Shown here: in pieces, positions 20,459 through 29,564 of the stretch | Layout of the letters: every line of letters begins with the position of its first letter | Numbering within the stretch: the stretch's first letter is position 1 | Assembly: GCA_046331125.1 (NCBI GenBank) | Contig: JAXLRL010000019.1 | Coordinates: 8,136 to 72,135, forward strand | Direction of reading: 5' to 3' | Length of the DNA: 64,000 nt | DNA from: Acidimicrobiia bacterium | Lineage (GTDB): Bacteria > Actinomycetota > Acidimicrobiia > IMCC26256 > DASPTH01 | Made by a program: the position numbers and the translations under genes | The notes under the pieces: model-generated | What the model was told of the DNA's origin: nothing | What the model saw: the letters and a program-made list of their open reading frames with translations, nothing else | Databases searched by the model: none

Positions 20459-21613
20459 CTAGTCAGCCGTACGGAGCAGGGCGCCCTGGCTGTTGAAGAA
20501 GAAGCCGCCCGGTGTGGCGAGGGCGGTCTTCGCGCCGGGGACCTGGCGCTCCCCGGCCTCGCCCCGCAACTGTACGACCGCTTCGCGGATGTGGCCGGTG
20601 CCCCGGGTGGCGCCCTCGCTGAGACCGCCGCCGTGCGGGTTCATCGGCACCTTGCCGTCGATCATCACGCGGTTCTCCGCGTCCACCCAGTGCTCGCGAG
20701 GAAGTCGCCGGCCGTACCGGGACGCGCAGTACCCGGTGTTCTCGATCCAGCCGGTCGTGATGATCGTGAAGCCGTCGTAGGGCAGGAACACGTCGACCTC
20801 GTCGATCCAGAAGTCGCCCTTGGCCTTGAGCTGGTCGACCACGACGTGCTGACCGTGGTGCTGCAGCGACACGAGCTGGTCCTCGGTGTTCTCCCCCACC
20901 ATGCCGGTGGCGGTCGCGTGCACCAGCACCGGCGTGTGCGGCAGCGACTTCGCCCGCTCCGCGGTGGTGAGCACGAACGCGTCGGCGCCGTCGGCGGGGA
21001 GGTCCATGTCGAGCATGCAGAGCGGGTCGCGGATCATCCGCGCCTCGTAGTAGTCGTCGATGGTGAGGGGCTTGTCGATCGCGGCGAGCGGGTTGCGCAG
21101 CGCGTTGGTGCGCCCGTTCACCGCGATGCGGGCCCACGCCTCGCGGGTCGCCCCGTACTCGTGGAGGTAGCGGCTGGCCCACGCGGTGTACCCGGTGGCC
21201 ATGGCGACGCTCTCGGGCTGTGTGGGCGTTCCCGACGGGACGCGGCGGCGGAACGGGTCGTTGGCCGCGCTGCGCGAGTTCCACGGGAGGCGGATCATCG
21301 CGGAGACGACGAGCACCGTGTCGGCCGAGCCGGAGTAGATGGCGTTCACCGCGTCGACCAGCGAGAACATCACCACGGGCGTGGGCTTGGTCCAGTGCGT
21401 CACGGTGTCGAGGCCGAGCGCGGACGCGAACTGGTGCGGGCCGGGCGCGCCGGGCTCGCCGATGGCGACGACACCGTCGATGTCCTTCGCGGTGAGGCCG
21501 GCATCGCGGATCGCGAGCGTGGCGGCCTCGAGCCCGAGAGCCAGCGGCGTGCGGGTGTCGGTGCGGGAGAAGCCGGTGCAGCCGACACCGACGATCGCGA
21601 CCTGGTCCTTCAC
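20459..21613 (-). CDS. thiolase-like (SCP-x / lipid-transfer, Ltp-type) protein
   Basis: The ORF is full length: MKDQVAIVGVGCTGFSR…LPYDGFTIITTGWIE…MNPHGGGLSEG…VVQLRGEAGERQV. See the findings for a possible compensated frame excursion at about 20695-20730. Confidence 0.75.
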   Translation of the reverse strand: MKDQVAIVGVGCTGFSRTDTRTPLALGLEAATLAIRDAGLTAKDIDGVVAIGEPGAPGPHQFASALGLDTVTHWTKPTPVVMFSLVDAVNAIYSGSADTVLVVSAMIRLPWNSRSAANDPFRRRVPSGTPTQPESVAMATGYTAWASRYLHEYGATREAWARIAVNGRTNALRNPLAAIDKPLTIDDYYEARMIRDPLCMLDMDLPADGADAFVLTTAERAKSLPHTPVLVHATATGMVGENTEDQLVSLQHHGQHVVVDQLKAKGDFWIDEVDVFLPYDGFTIITTGWIENTGYCASRYGRRLPREHWVDAENRVMIDGKVPMNPHGGGLSEGATRGTGHIREAVVQLRGEAGERQVPGAKTALATPGGFFFNSQGALLRTAD

Positions 21614-21625
21614 GGGGTTGCGCGC

Positions 21626-22083
21626 TCATCGGTTCCCTCCCGCCGCCGGGCGGAACACCGGGAACAGGGCACCCGAGCGTTCGATCCACGCGAGCTCCAC
21701 CGGCATGCCGATGTGGATGTCGTCGAGCGGGCAGTCGATCACCGTCGACGTGAACCGCAGCGCGGGCTGCTCGACCAGTTCGACAGTGACGACCGGGTGC
21801 GGACCGGCCGAGTAGTCGACGCCGTCGGCGGGCGGGCCCTGGTGCAGCGCGATGAACAGGTGCACGGTGCCGGTGCCACTCACCGCGGTGGGCGTGACGT
21901 TCCACGACCAGCACGACGGGCACATCGGGCGCATGGGCTGCATGTACCGGCCGCAGTCGTCGCAGCGGTTCATGACGAGCTCACGGCGCAGGTAGCCGCG
22001 GTAGTGCTCGGCGGTGTCGCGGTCGACCGGCAGGTGCGCGAGGCGCTCCACCAGCTCCGCGTCGGTCAGGGTCTCGGTCACGG
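21626..22083 (-). CDS. DUF35 Zn-ribbon/OB-fold protein (partner of thiolase-like protein)
   Basis: GTG at 22083 follows AAGGGA and sits just after the upstream stop at 22096. The sequence carries CDDCGRYMQPMRPMCPSCWS (4-Cys ribbon) and GTGTVHLFIALHQGP. Confidence 0.7.
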
Positions 22084-22095
22084 GTTCCCTTTCGA

Positions 22096-24554
22096 TCACT
22101 TCTTGCGCGGCGGCAACCACGAGTCGCCGATGATCTCGGACTCCCACAGCGCGGCGACCTCGTCGTCGGTGAGGCCGACGACGTCACGCAGCACCTCGTC
22201 GTTGTGCTGGCCGAGTGTGGGCGCGGGGCGCTGCACCCACTCCCAGTCGGGGCGGGTCAGCGGCTTCACCGGCATCCCCCAGAGGTTCACTTCACCTACG
22301 ACCGGGTGCTCGACCACCTGGAAGAAGCCCCGGTCGTTCGGTTGCGGGAGCGTGTCGTTGTTGCGCCCGGCGAACACCGGCGCCGCGGGAACGCCCGCGT
22401 CCCAGAGCATCGCGACCGCGTCGTCGAGGTGCTTCGACGCGGCCCAGCCCGAGAGCTCGGCGTCGATGGCATCGTGGGCCGCGCGCCGACCGGCCGCGGT
22501 CGCGAGCGCCGGGTCGGCAGCCCACGCAGGCTCGCCGAGCGCGCCGCGCAGCGCGGACCACTGCTCGTCGGTCGCCACCGCGACGCACAGCCACCGCTCC
22601 CCCTGGTCGGGGGCGTCGAGGCCGTGCACGTCGTCGAGGCAGCGGTACACGCCCTGCGGCGCGGCCACGGGACCGCGGTTGCCGTCGCGTTCGAGCGCCA
22701 CGCCGTAGGCCTGCTGCTCGAGCACCACCTCCGACGCGATGTTCAACGCCGCCTTCACCATCGCCACCTCGACGAGCTGCCCCTCGCCGGTGCGGCGCCG
22801 GTGCTCGAGCGCGGTCATCAGCCCGATCATGGCGTGCATGCCGGCGAGCGGGTCGCACGGCCCACGCGGGATGATCGGTGCGTCGGTGAAGCCGGTCATC
22901 CAGGCCATGCCCGACACCTGCTCCATGGTCTGCGCGAAGCCCACCCGGTCGCGCCACGGGCCGTCGAGCCCGAAGGCGGGCATGCGCACCATCACGAGCG
23001 ACGGGTTCACTGCGCGCAGCTCGTCCCAGCCGAGGCCGAACTGCTCCATGACGCGCGGCGAGAAGTTCTCGATGACGACGTCGCACTCCGCGACGAGTCG
23101 CTTCGCCAGCGCCCGACCCTCGTCACGCGTGAGGTCGAGGGTGACACCACGCTTGTTGGAGTTGGCGCCGTGGAACACCGAGCCCCACTCGTACCACTGG
23201 TCGCTGCCCGGCGGCTTCACCGACGCGGTGCGCATGCCGTCGGGCCGCTGCGCGGACTCGACGTGGATCACGTCGGCGCCCATCAGCGCGCACCAGTGCG
23301 CCGCGAACGGGCCCGCCCACCACGCGGTGAAGTCGGCGACGCGCAGACCGGCGAGCGGCTTCGCGGCGTCGGCGGACGCCCGCGCCCACGCGGCGGTGCC
23401 GGGGGCCACCGCGGGCGCCGCGGCCTCGACGGTGCCGGTGTGCTCGCCGAGCGTGGGCGCGGGGTCGAACGCGCGGGTGGTCGCGCCGTGCAGCCGGTAG
23501 GGCACGGTCGGCTGGAGGAATCCACCGCGCGGGTTGGGCACGTACGTGTCGGTGGCGACGAAGTGGTCGAAGAACGGGATGGTCGCACCCCGCCCGATCA
23601 GGGCGACGGGGATGCGCAGCTCGGCGCCGAGCTGGAGGATCTCCTCCACGGTGCGCGACGACGTCCACTCCGCGACCGCGGCGCGGAACTCGGCGCGCCG
23701 CTCCTGACGGCCGACCTGGCTCGTCCAGTCGGCGCTCTCCATCCACTCGAAGTGCTCGACCAGCACGCAGAAGTCGAGGAACTGCTGACCCGCGACCGTG
23801 CAGAAGCCGACCCAGCCGTCCTTGGCCGGCTCGATCGACGGCAGCTCGATGGTGCGCATGCCGGGGATGCCGCGGCGGCCGTCGAGCCAGCCGCCGATCG
23901 CGCCGTACGTGGTGTGGGTGACCATGATCGCCTCGAGCGCGGAGACGTCGAGGTGGTCGCCCCGCCCGGCGAGCACGGACTGCTGCAGGAAGGTGAGGGC
24001 GGAGAGGGCGGCGGCGGTGCCGGTGATCCACTCCCCTGTGCGGCCCCCGGCCTGGAGCGGTGCCCGCTCGATCGTGCCGCGGGTGGACATCGAGCCCGAC
24101 CAGCCCTGCAACGTGAACTCGGTGGCGGCCCGCTCGCTCCAGGGACCACCGCGGCCGAAGTCGGAGAGGGACAGCAACGTGACGCCGGGGGCGACGGCGC
24201 GCAGGTCGTCGATACCGAACCCGTGGGCCTCGGCGACGCCGGGCGCCCAGTTCTCCACCACGACTGCGGCCCCGCGCACGAGATCGAGGACGGTCGCCCG
24301 GCCTTCGGGGTGAACGGGTCGGCGACGACCGAGCGCTTCGAGGTGTGGAGGAAGCGGAACAGCGCGCCGTCGGGGTCGCCGTCGACGCCGACCGAGCCCG
24401 ACGCCGACCACCGGCGGAGCGGGTCGCCCTCGGGCGATTCCACCTTCACGACGTCGCAGCCGGCGTCGGCGAGGAGTTTGGTGCAGTAGCCGCCGGCGAT
24501 GCCGGTGGACAGATCGACCACACGGGTGCCGGTGAACGGGGGTTGAACGGTCAT
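22096..24554 (-). pseudogene. tandem two-module family III CoA-transferase (about 820 aa), single frameshift near 24310
   Basis: MTVQPPFTGTRVVDLSTGIAGGYCTKLLADAGCDVVKVESPEGDP… is in one frame. From HPEGRATVLDLVR… the 771-aa ORF continues and contains a second module (LAGLRVADFTAWWAGPFAAHWCALMGADVIHVES…). Confidence 0.7.
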
Positions 24555-24573
24555 CGACCGGAGGCTGGCACTT

Positions 24574-25755
24574 TCACTGGTAGCTCGGCCAACTGGGCAC
24601 GTGCACGTAGGAGTGGTCGAGGTCGTGCACGGACGGGCACCCCAGGAGCGCGAGGGTGCCGTCGATGCCGCGGCGCAACGACTGCAGCACGTCGTACACG
24701 CCCTCCTCCCCGGCGGCGGCGAGGCCCCATACGTAGGCCCGCCCGACGAGCACGGCGCGGGCGCCGAGCGCCATCGCCTTCACGACGTCACCGCCGCGAC
24801 GGATGCCGCTGTCGAAGAGCACCTCGGTGCGGTCGCCCACGGCGTCGACCACCGACGGCAACACGCGCAGCGCTGCTGGTGAGCTGTCGAGCGCGTTGCC
24901 GCCGTGGTTCGACACCACGATGGCGTCGGCACCGTGGTCGAGCGCGCGACGCGCGTCCTCCACCGACAGGATCCCCTTCACGATCAGGGGTCCGCCGAAC
25001 CGCTCCTTGATCCAGGCGCAGTCGTCCCAGGTGGGCGTGGCCTTGCGCATCGTGGCCGACGACTCGGCGGCGCTGAGGGGCGGACCGCCGCGCTGCGTCT
25101 GCACGTTGGGCGTGGCGAGGTCGAGACCGCCGCGCAGGAAGTCGAGGACCCACGCGGGCTTGGTGACCATCTCGGGTGCGTACTGCAGCGCGGTGCGGAG
25201 GTCGACCTGCCGAGGGATGCCGCCACCGCGCAAGGTCTCCTCGCGTCCGGCGGCCGCGGCGGTGTCGACGGTGACGATCACCGCGCGACAGCCCGCATCC
25301 CGCGCGCGGTCGATTGCGAGCTCGGCGCCGGTGCGCCCGCCCGCGAAGTACACCTGGTAGAAGACGGGGCCGTCGGTGGCCGCCGCGATGTCCTCGATCG
25401 GGTAGCTCGACAGGGTGGAGATGCCGATCGCGGTGCCGGCGCGGCCCGCGGCGCGCGCCGCGCCGACCTCACCGTCGGGGTGGACGATGCGGATCATCCC
25501 GGTGGGCGCCACGATGACGGGCGTCGACAGCTCGCAACCGACGACGGTGACCGTCTGCACGCGGTCGCGCGTCTCCACCGCGGCGTGGGGGCGGAACGCC
25601 ACCTCGGCGAACGCCGCGAGGTTGTCGTGTGCGGTGAGCTCGCCCTCGGTGCCACCGCGCACGAAGTCGTACACTCTGCGCGGCAGGCGTCGCTTCGCGA
25701 GTTGCTCCGCCAGGGCCACGTTGCGGACGCGTCGATGCCTCGGTCCCAGTCGCAC
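24574..25755 (-). CDS. FMN-dependent alpha-hydroxy-acid dehydrogenase (LldD/mandelate dehydrogenase family)
   Basis: The C-terminal 390 aa of a longer shadow ORF reads LAKRRLPRRVYDFVRGGTEGE…PVIVAPTGM…IVKGILSVEDA…VVSNHGGNALD…FDSGIRRGGDVVKAMALGA. The start is assigned to the GTG at 25755 and is uncertain. Confidence 0.7.
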   Translation of the reverse strand: MRLGPRHRRVRNVALAEQLAKRRLPRRVYDFVRGGTEGELTAHDNLAAFAEVAFRPHAAVETRDRVQTVTVVGCELSTPVIVAPTGMIRIVHPDGEVGAARAAGRAGTAIGISTLSSYPIEDIAAATDGPVFYQVYFAGGRTGAELAIDRARDAGCRAVIVTVDTAAAAGREETLRGGGIPRQVDLRTALQYAPEMVTKPAWVLDFLRGGLDLATPNVQTQRGGPPLSAAESSATMRKATPTWDDCAWIKERFGGPLIVKGILSVEDARRALDHGADAIVVSNHGGNALDSSPAALRVLPSVVDAVGDRTEVLFDSGIRRGGDVVKAMALGARAVLVGRAYVWGLAAAGEEGVYDVLQSLRRGIDGTLALLGCPSVHDLDHSYVHVPSWPSYQ

Positions 25756-25766
25756 GGCGGCGAGCC

Positions 25767-25772
25767 TAGGGT
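25767..25772 (+). promoter_or_regulatory. -10-like hexamer TAGGGT, 7 nt before ATG 25780 (leaderless-type start)
   Basis: TAGGGTGCGCGCCATG is 15/16 identical to TAGAGTGCGCGCCATG at 27605-27620. Confidence 0.3.
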
Positions 25773-25779
25773 GCGCGCC

Positions 25780-26647
25780 ATGACCAGCAGAATTGCGAGC
25801 GGGGGTCGTCGGACTGGGCCGCATGGGGCTGCCCATGACCCGCGGCATCGCCGAGGCCGGCATCCCGGTGACCGTCTTCGACCTGAAGCCGGAAGCCGTC
25901 GCCGCGGCCGTGGCGGTCGGCGGGGTGGGGGCGGAGTCGCCCGCGGCGGTGGCGGCGGCGTCCGACGTGGTGTGCATCGTGGTGCTCGACCTCGCCCAGG
26001 TGGAGGACGTGCTCTTGGCCCCGACGGGATCGTCGCGGGCGCGCACGACGGGCTGGTCGTGTGCATCTGCAGCACGATCCCCGACGACGCGGTGGCCGAG
26101 CTCGCGCCGCGTGGCGCCCCACGGTGTGGCGCTGCTCGACGCCGGGGTCGCGGTGGCCCGATCAACGCCGAGACCGCGAGTCTGGTGACGATGGTGGGGG
26201 CCGACGACGAGGTCCTCGCGCGCGCCCGCCCCGTCGTCGACGTTCTCGGCCGAGATCGTGCACGCCGGGCCACTCGGCGCGGGCATGCAGCTGAAGTTGG
26301 TCAAGAACCTCGGCAGCTACCTCGTGCTGTGCGCGGCCAACGAGGTGATGCGCCTCACCGAGACCCTCGGCATCCCCGTCGCCACGGTGAACCACGTCAA
26401 CGACGTCAGCAACATGTTGGGGCAGTTCTGGACGCTCACCGTCGAACGCCCGGGGAACCACCCGTTGCCGGCGGACGCACCCGAGGCCGACCTCGTGTTC
26501 GCGACCGAGCTCGCCGCGCTCTGCCGCAAGGACCTCGACGCGATCCTGGCCCTCGCCGCGCGGGTGGGCGAGGACCTGCCCGCATCCCGCACTGCGCACG
26601 AGCTGGCGCCGCGCTTCTTCCGCGTGCCGGACGCCCGCCCGTCGTAG
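25780..26647 (+). pseudogene. 3-hydroxyisobutyrate/6-phosphogluconate dehydrogenase-like NAD(P)-binding oxidoreductase, about 4 frameshifts
   Basis: MTSR, then a shift, then RAGVVGLGRMGLPMTRGIAEAGIPVTVFD (Rossmann fold). LVVCICSTIPDDAVAEL and ASLVTMVGADDEVLARARPVVDVLG follow. AGPLGAGMQLKLVKNLGSYLVLCAANEVMRL…* lies in other frames. Confidence 0.6.
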
Positions 26648-26666
26648 CCCGTCGTAGCCCGTCGCG

Positions 26667-27549
26667 TCAGGGGCGGCCGGCGTGCGGCACGTCGACGCAC
26701 GCTGACGATCGCGCCGCGACCCTTCGCCGACGCCGTGGGCGTGGCACCGGGGCGGTCGCGACGAAGAGGGTGCGGCCGTCGTCACCGCCGAGAGCGCACG
26801 CGCAGGCCCGCTGCGGCACCGCGACGCGGTGCGTGATCTCGCCGCCCTCGGCACGCGGAGCACGGCACCCCGCCGGAGCACCGGGTTCCAGCGGTGGCGA
26901 CGCCGGATCGAGCCGTGCCCGCGTCGGCCACCCAGATGGCACCGTCGGCGTCGAGTGTGCAGCCGTCGGGCTTCGACGCGCCGAGCTCGGCCCACACCCG
27001 ACGGTCGTGCAGGGTGCCGTCGTCGGCGATCGTGAGCACGCTGAAGCGACCGGCCATGGTCTCCCCGACGACCAGGGTCCGGCCGTCGGCCGTGATCACC
27101 GAACCGTTCGGGAAGTGCAGCCCGTCGGCCGCGGCGTACGCGGTGCCGTCGGGTGCGACCCGGGCGAGCGTCGCGGTGAGGTGCTCGTCGCGGCCCCACA
27201 CCTCGAAGCCGAAGTTGCCCACGTGCGCGGTGCCGTCGACGGCGACGACCATGTCGTTGACGAACCCGCCCGCGATCTCGGAGAGATCGGCGTGGGTGAC
27301 GAGCGTGCCGTCGGGCTCGCGCCGCAGCACCCGCCGGCCCTCCATCGACACGACGAGGAGCCGTCCGTCGGGCAACCAGCCCAACCCGCTCGGCTGGGTC
27401 TCGAGGGTGAGGACCCGCTCCTCCGCCCGCCCCGGCACGACGGCGAACACGCCGTGCCGGTAGAAGTCGGAGTACCAGAGGCGGCCGTCGTGCCACCGCA
27501 GTCCCTCGGCGAAGTCCAGCCCCCGCACCACCGTCGTCACGGCCTTCAC
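26667..27549 (-). pseudogene. SMP-30/gluconolactonase/LRE-like protein, C-terminal frameshifts
   Basis: MKAVTTVVRGLDFAEGLRWHDGRLWYSDFYRHGVF…PNGSVITADGRTLVVGETMAGR…KPDGCTLDADGAIWVADAG reads cleanly and then shifts. …ALGGDDGRTLFVATAP…VDVPHAGRP* is in another frame. Confidence 0.6.
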
Positions 27550-27604
27550 GGCGGCCGACGCTAGCTCTCCTCCCTCGCTCGCTCCGCTCGCTCCGTCCCT
27601 GCCG

Positions 27605-27610
27605 TAGAGT
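27605..27610 (+). promoter_or_regulatory. -10-like hexamer TAGAGT, 7 nt before ATG 27618 (leaderless-type start)
   Basis: A TANNNT hexamer followed by GCGCGCC and then ATG. The same 16-mer architecture occurs at 25767-25782. Confidence 0.3.
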
Positions 27611-27617
27611 GCGCGCC

Positions 27618-28604
27618 ATGCGTGCTGCAGTGCTCACCGACACCCACGGCTTCGAGGTCGCGGAGGTGCCCGACCCGTCACCCGGCGCCGGCGAGCTCGT
27701 CCTGCGCGTCGGCGCGTGCGGGATCTGCGGTTCCGACATCAAGGCCCGCCACCACATGCCCGGCGGCCTGGTGATGGGCCACGAGTTCGCCGGCGAGATC
27801 GTCGCGTGCGGCGCCGACACCGGTTCCTGGCGCGAGGGCCAGCAGGTGTCGGCACTGCCGATCATCGGGTGCGGGGTGTGCCCGCCGTGCGTCAACGGGG
27901 AGCCCGCACACTGCGTGCAGGCCGACCTCGTCGGTGTCGGCGGGAGCAGCGGCGGCTACGCCGAGTACGTGAAGGTCAGCGCGCGCGAGACGTTCGCGCT
28001 GCCCGAGGGCTTCGACTCCACGATGGGCGCACTCACCGAGCCGCTCGCGGTCGGGTTGCACGCGCTGGCGCGGGCGAAGATCGCCCCGGGGGCGCGCGTG
28101 CTCGTGGTGGGCGGCGGTCCCGTCGGCCTCGCGGTCACGGTGTGGGCGCGGCAGTTCGGGGCGAGCGAGCTCGTGGTCTCCGACCCGTCGAGCGAACGGC
28201 GCGAAGCAGCCGGCACGTTCGGCGCCACGCGCGTGGTCGACCCGACGGCCGAGGAGGTCGGCACCGGGTACGACGTCGTGTTCGAGTGCGTCGGCATCCC
28301 CGGCATGGTCGACGTCGCGGTCGGCGCCGCCGGCCTGCACGGCCGCGTCGTGATCGTGGGCGTGTGCGTGCAGCCCGACCCGTTCGTGCCGATCCGCGGG
28401 ATCCTCACCGAGATCACGATGGACTTCGTGATCTACTACACGCGCCGCGAGTTCGCGTACGTGATCGACGCGTTCGGCCACGGGGTGATCGACCCCCGCC
28501 CGTTCGTCACCGACCGCATCGGCCTCGAGGGTGTCGACGGCGCGTTCAAGGAGCTCGACGGCTCCCGCTCGCAGGTGAAGATCCTGGTCCTGCCCGGCAC
28601 CTAG
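27618..28604 (+). CDS. zinc-dependent alcohol dehydrogenase (MDR family)
   Basis: The ORF is intact: GACGICGSDIKARHH…GHEFAGEIV (catalytic Zn site), GCGVCPPCVNGEPAHC (structural Zn) and VVGGGPVGLAV (Rossmann fold). An alternative GTG start lies at 27609. Confidence 0.8.
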   Translation: MRAAVLTDTHGFEVAEVPDPSPGAGELVLRVGACGICGSDIKARHHMPGGLVMGHEFAGEIVACGADTGSWREGQQVSALPIIGCGVCPPCVNGEPAHCVQADLVGVGGSSGGYAEYVKVSARETFALPEGFDSTMGALTEPLAVGLHALARAKIAPGARVLVVGGGPVGLAVTVWARQFGASELVVSDPSSERREAAGTFGATRVVDPTAEEVGTGYDVVFECVGIPGMVDVAVGAAGLHGRVVIVGVCVQPDPFVPIRGILTEITMDFVIYYTRREFAYVIDAFGHGVIDPRPFVTDRIGLEGVDGAFKELDGSRSQVKILVLPGT

Positions 28605-29026
28605 GCGAGCGAGACCGTCGCCTTCCCGGGCGCCAGCACGGTGTCCGGGTGGTCGCGGTCGACCACGACCACGTCGAGCTCCACGATCGTCGCACCGCTC
28701 TCCTCGCGCACCCCGGTGACGGTGCCGCGAGCGGCGACCGTCTGCCCGCGCAGGTTCGGTGAACGGAACGACAGGTCCATCGACGCGATGCGCCCGTTGC
28801 CGTCGAACTCCGCCTCGATCCAGTCGCGCAGCATGTTGTGCAGGTACGACCACAGCAGGTTGCCCATGCCGAACGCGCCGGGGAAGCCCACGGCGCGCCC
28901 GGCCTCGTCGTCCATGTGGATGGGCACGAACTCGTCGTTCACCGCGGCGTAGCGGTTCCAGTTCGCGAGGTCGGTGGTGCGCACGTACTCGGGCACCTCG
29001 GTGCCGACGGTGGCGGTGGCGGTCAT
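28601..29026 (-). CDS. MaoC-like (R)-specific enoyl-CoA hydratase subunit (hotdog fold)
   Basis: An AAGGGGAC RBS precedes the start. The sequence reads MTATATVGTEVPEYVRTTDLANWNRYAAVNDEFVPIHMDDEAGRAVGFPGAFGMGN… . Its stop overlaps the convergent ADH stop (CTAG). Confidence 0.75.
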   Translation of the reverse strand: MTATATVGTEVPEYVRTTDLANWNRYAAVNDEFVPIHMDDEAGRAVGFPGAFGMGNLLWSYLHNMLRDWIEAEFDGNGRIASMDLSFRSPNLRGQTVAARGTVTGVREESGATIVELDVVVVDRDHPDTVLAPGKATVSLA

Positions 29027-29037
29027 CGCAGTCCCCT

Positions 29038-29550
29038 TCAGTACCGGATCAACGTGGTGACCTCGGTGCGCACCGTGTCGCCCCGCTGGTTGGTCCACGT
29101 GTCCGTGGTCAGCGTGAAGAGCATCAGACCCAGGCGGCCCTCCCGCTCGAAGTACTCGGTGAGGCGGTTGACCGACGTGACCACGTCGCCCGGGCGCAGC
29201 GGCTCGCCGTAGATGGCGACCCGCCCGCCGTTGATGATCGACGTCGTCCCCGGGCGCGGCAGGCCGAGGGTGGCCTCGGGACCGGCGAAGCCACCCCGTC
29301 CGAGGAAGGGATCCTCGCCGGGCGCCGGGACCGTCATCCACGCGAACGGGTTGAACTCCTCCGGTGCGCGCAGGTCGGCGTCGGGCCCGTCCCAGAAGCG
29401 TCGGGGAGGGGTCTCCGGGTACCAGGTCGCGATGGCCCAGCGCCGGATGTCGGACGCGCTCACGGGGAACGAGACCTTGCGGCCCAGCTCGCTCCCCAGT
29501 GCGGCGCGCATGTCGTCGGTGACCCAGCTTGCGCTCACGGGGGCTGACAA
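29038..29550 (-). CDS. MaoC_dehydrat_N-like hotdog protein (second hydratase subunit)
   Basis: The ORF is intact and sits directly upstream of the MaoC gene. It reads SFPVSASDIRRWAIATWYPETPPRRFWD…GRLGLMLFTLTTDTW… . Its start is TTG 29550 or GTG 29538. Confidence 0.65.
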   Translation of the reverse strand: MSAPVSASWVTDDMRAALGSELGRKVSFPVSASDIRRWAIATWYPETPPRRFWDGPDADLRAPEEFNPFAWMTVPAPGEDPFLGRGGFAGPEATLGLPRPGTTSIINGGRVAIYGEPLRPGDVVTSVNRLTEYFEREGRLGLMLFTLTTDTWTNQRGDTVRTEVTTLIRY

Positions 29551-29564
29551 TAGGCTCCCCCGCC

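Noticed and set aside
26638-26660. 10-bp direct duplication CCGTCGTAGC x2, which duplicates the stop codon of the dehydrogenase gene
   Set aside because: The duplication is real in the sequence but trivial. It is a single tandem duplication downstream of, or at, a stop codon, with no evident function.
24904-27564. 886-aa plus-strand ORF, and similar giant ORFs at 14645-17005 (+), 20591-22708 (+), 22204-24489 (+), 30381-32144 (-), 34116-36245 (+), 8138-9784 (+) and 11954-13597 (-)
   Set aside because: All have Arg/Pro/Gly/Ala-dominated low-information translations. All lie antisense to, or out of frame with, genes that show unmistakable family motifs. They are open only because stop codons are rare at this GC content.
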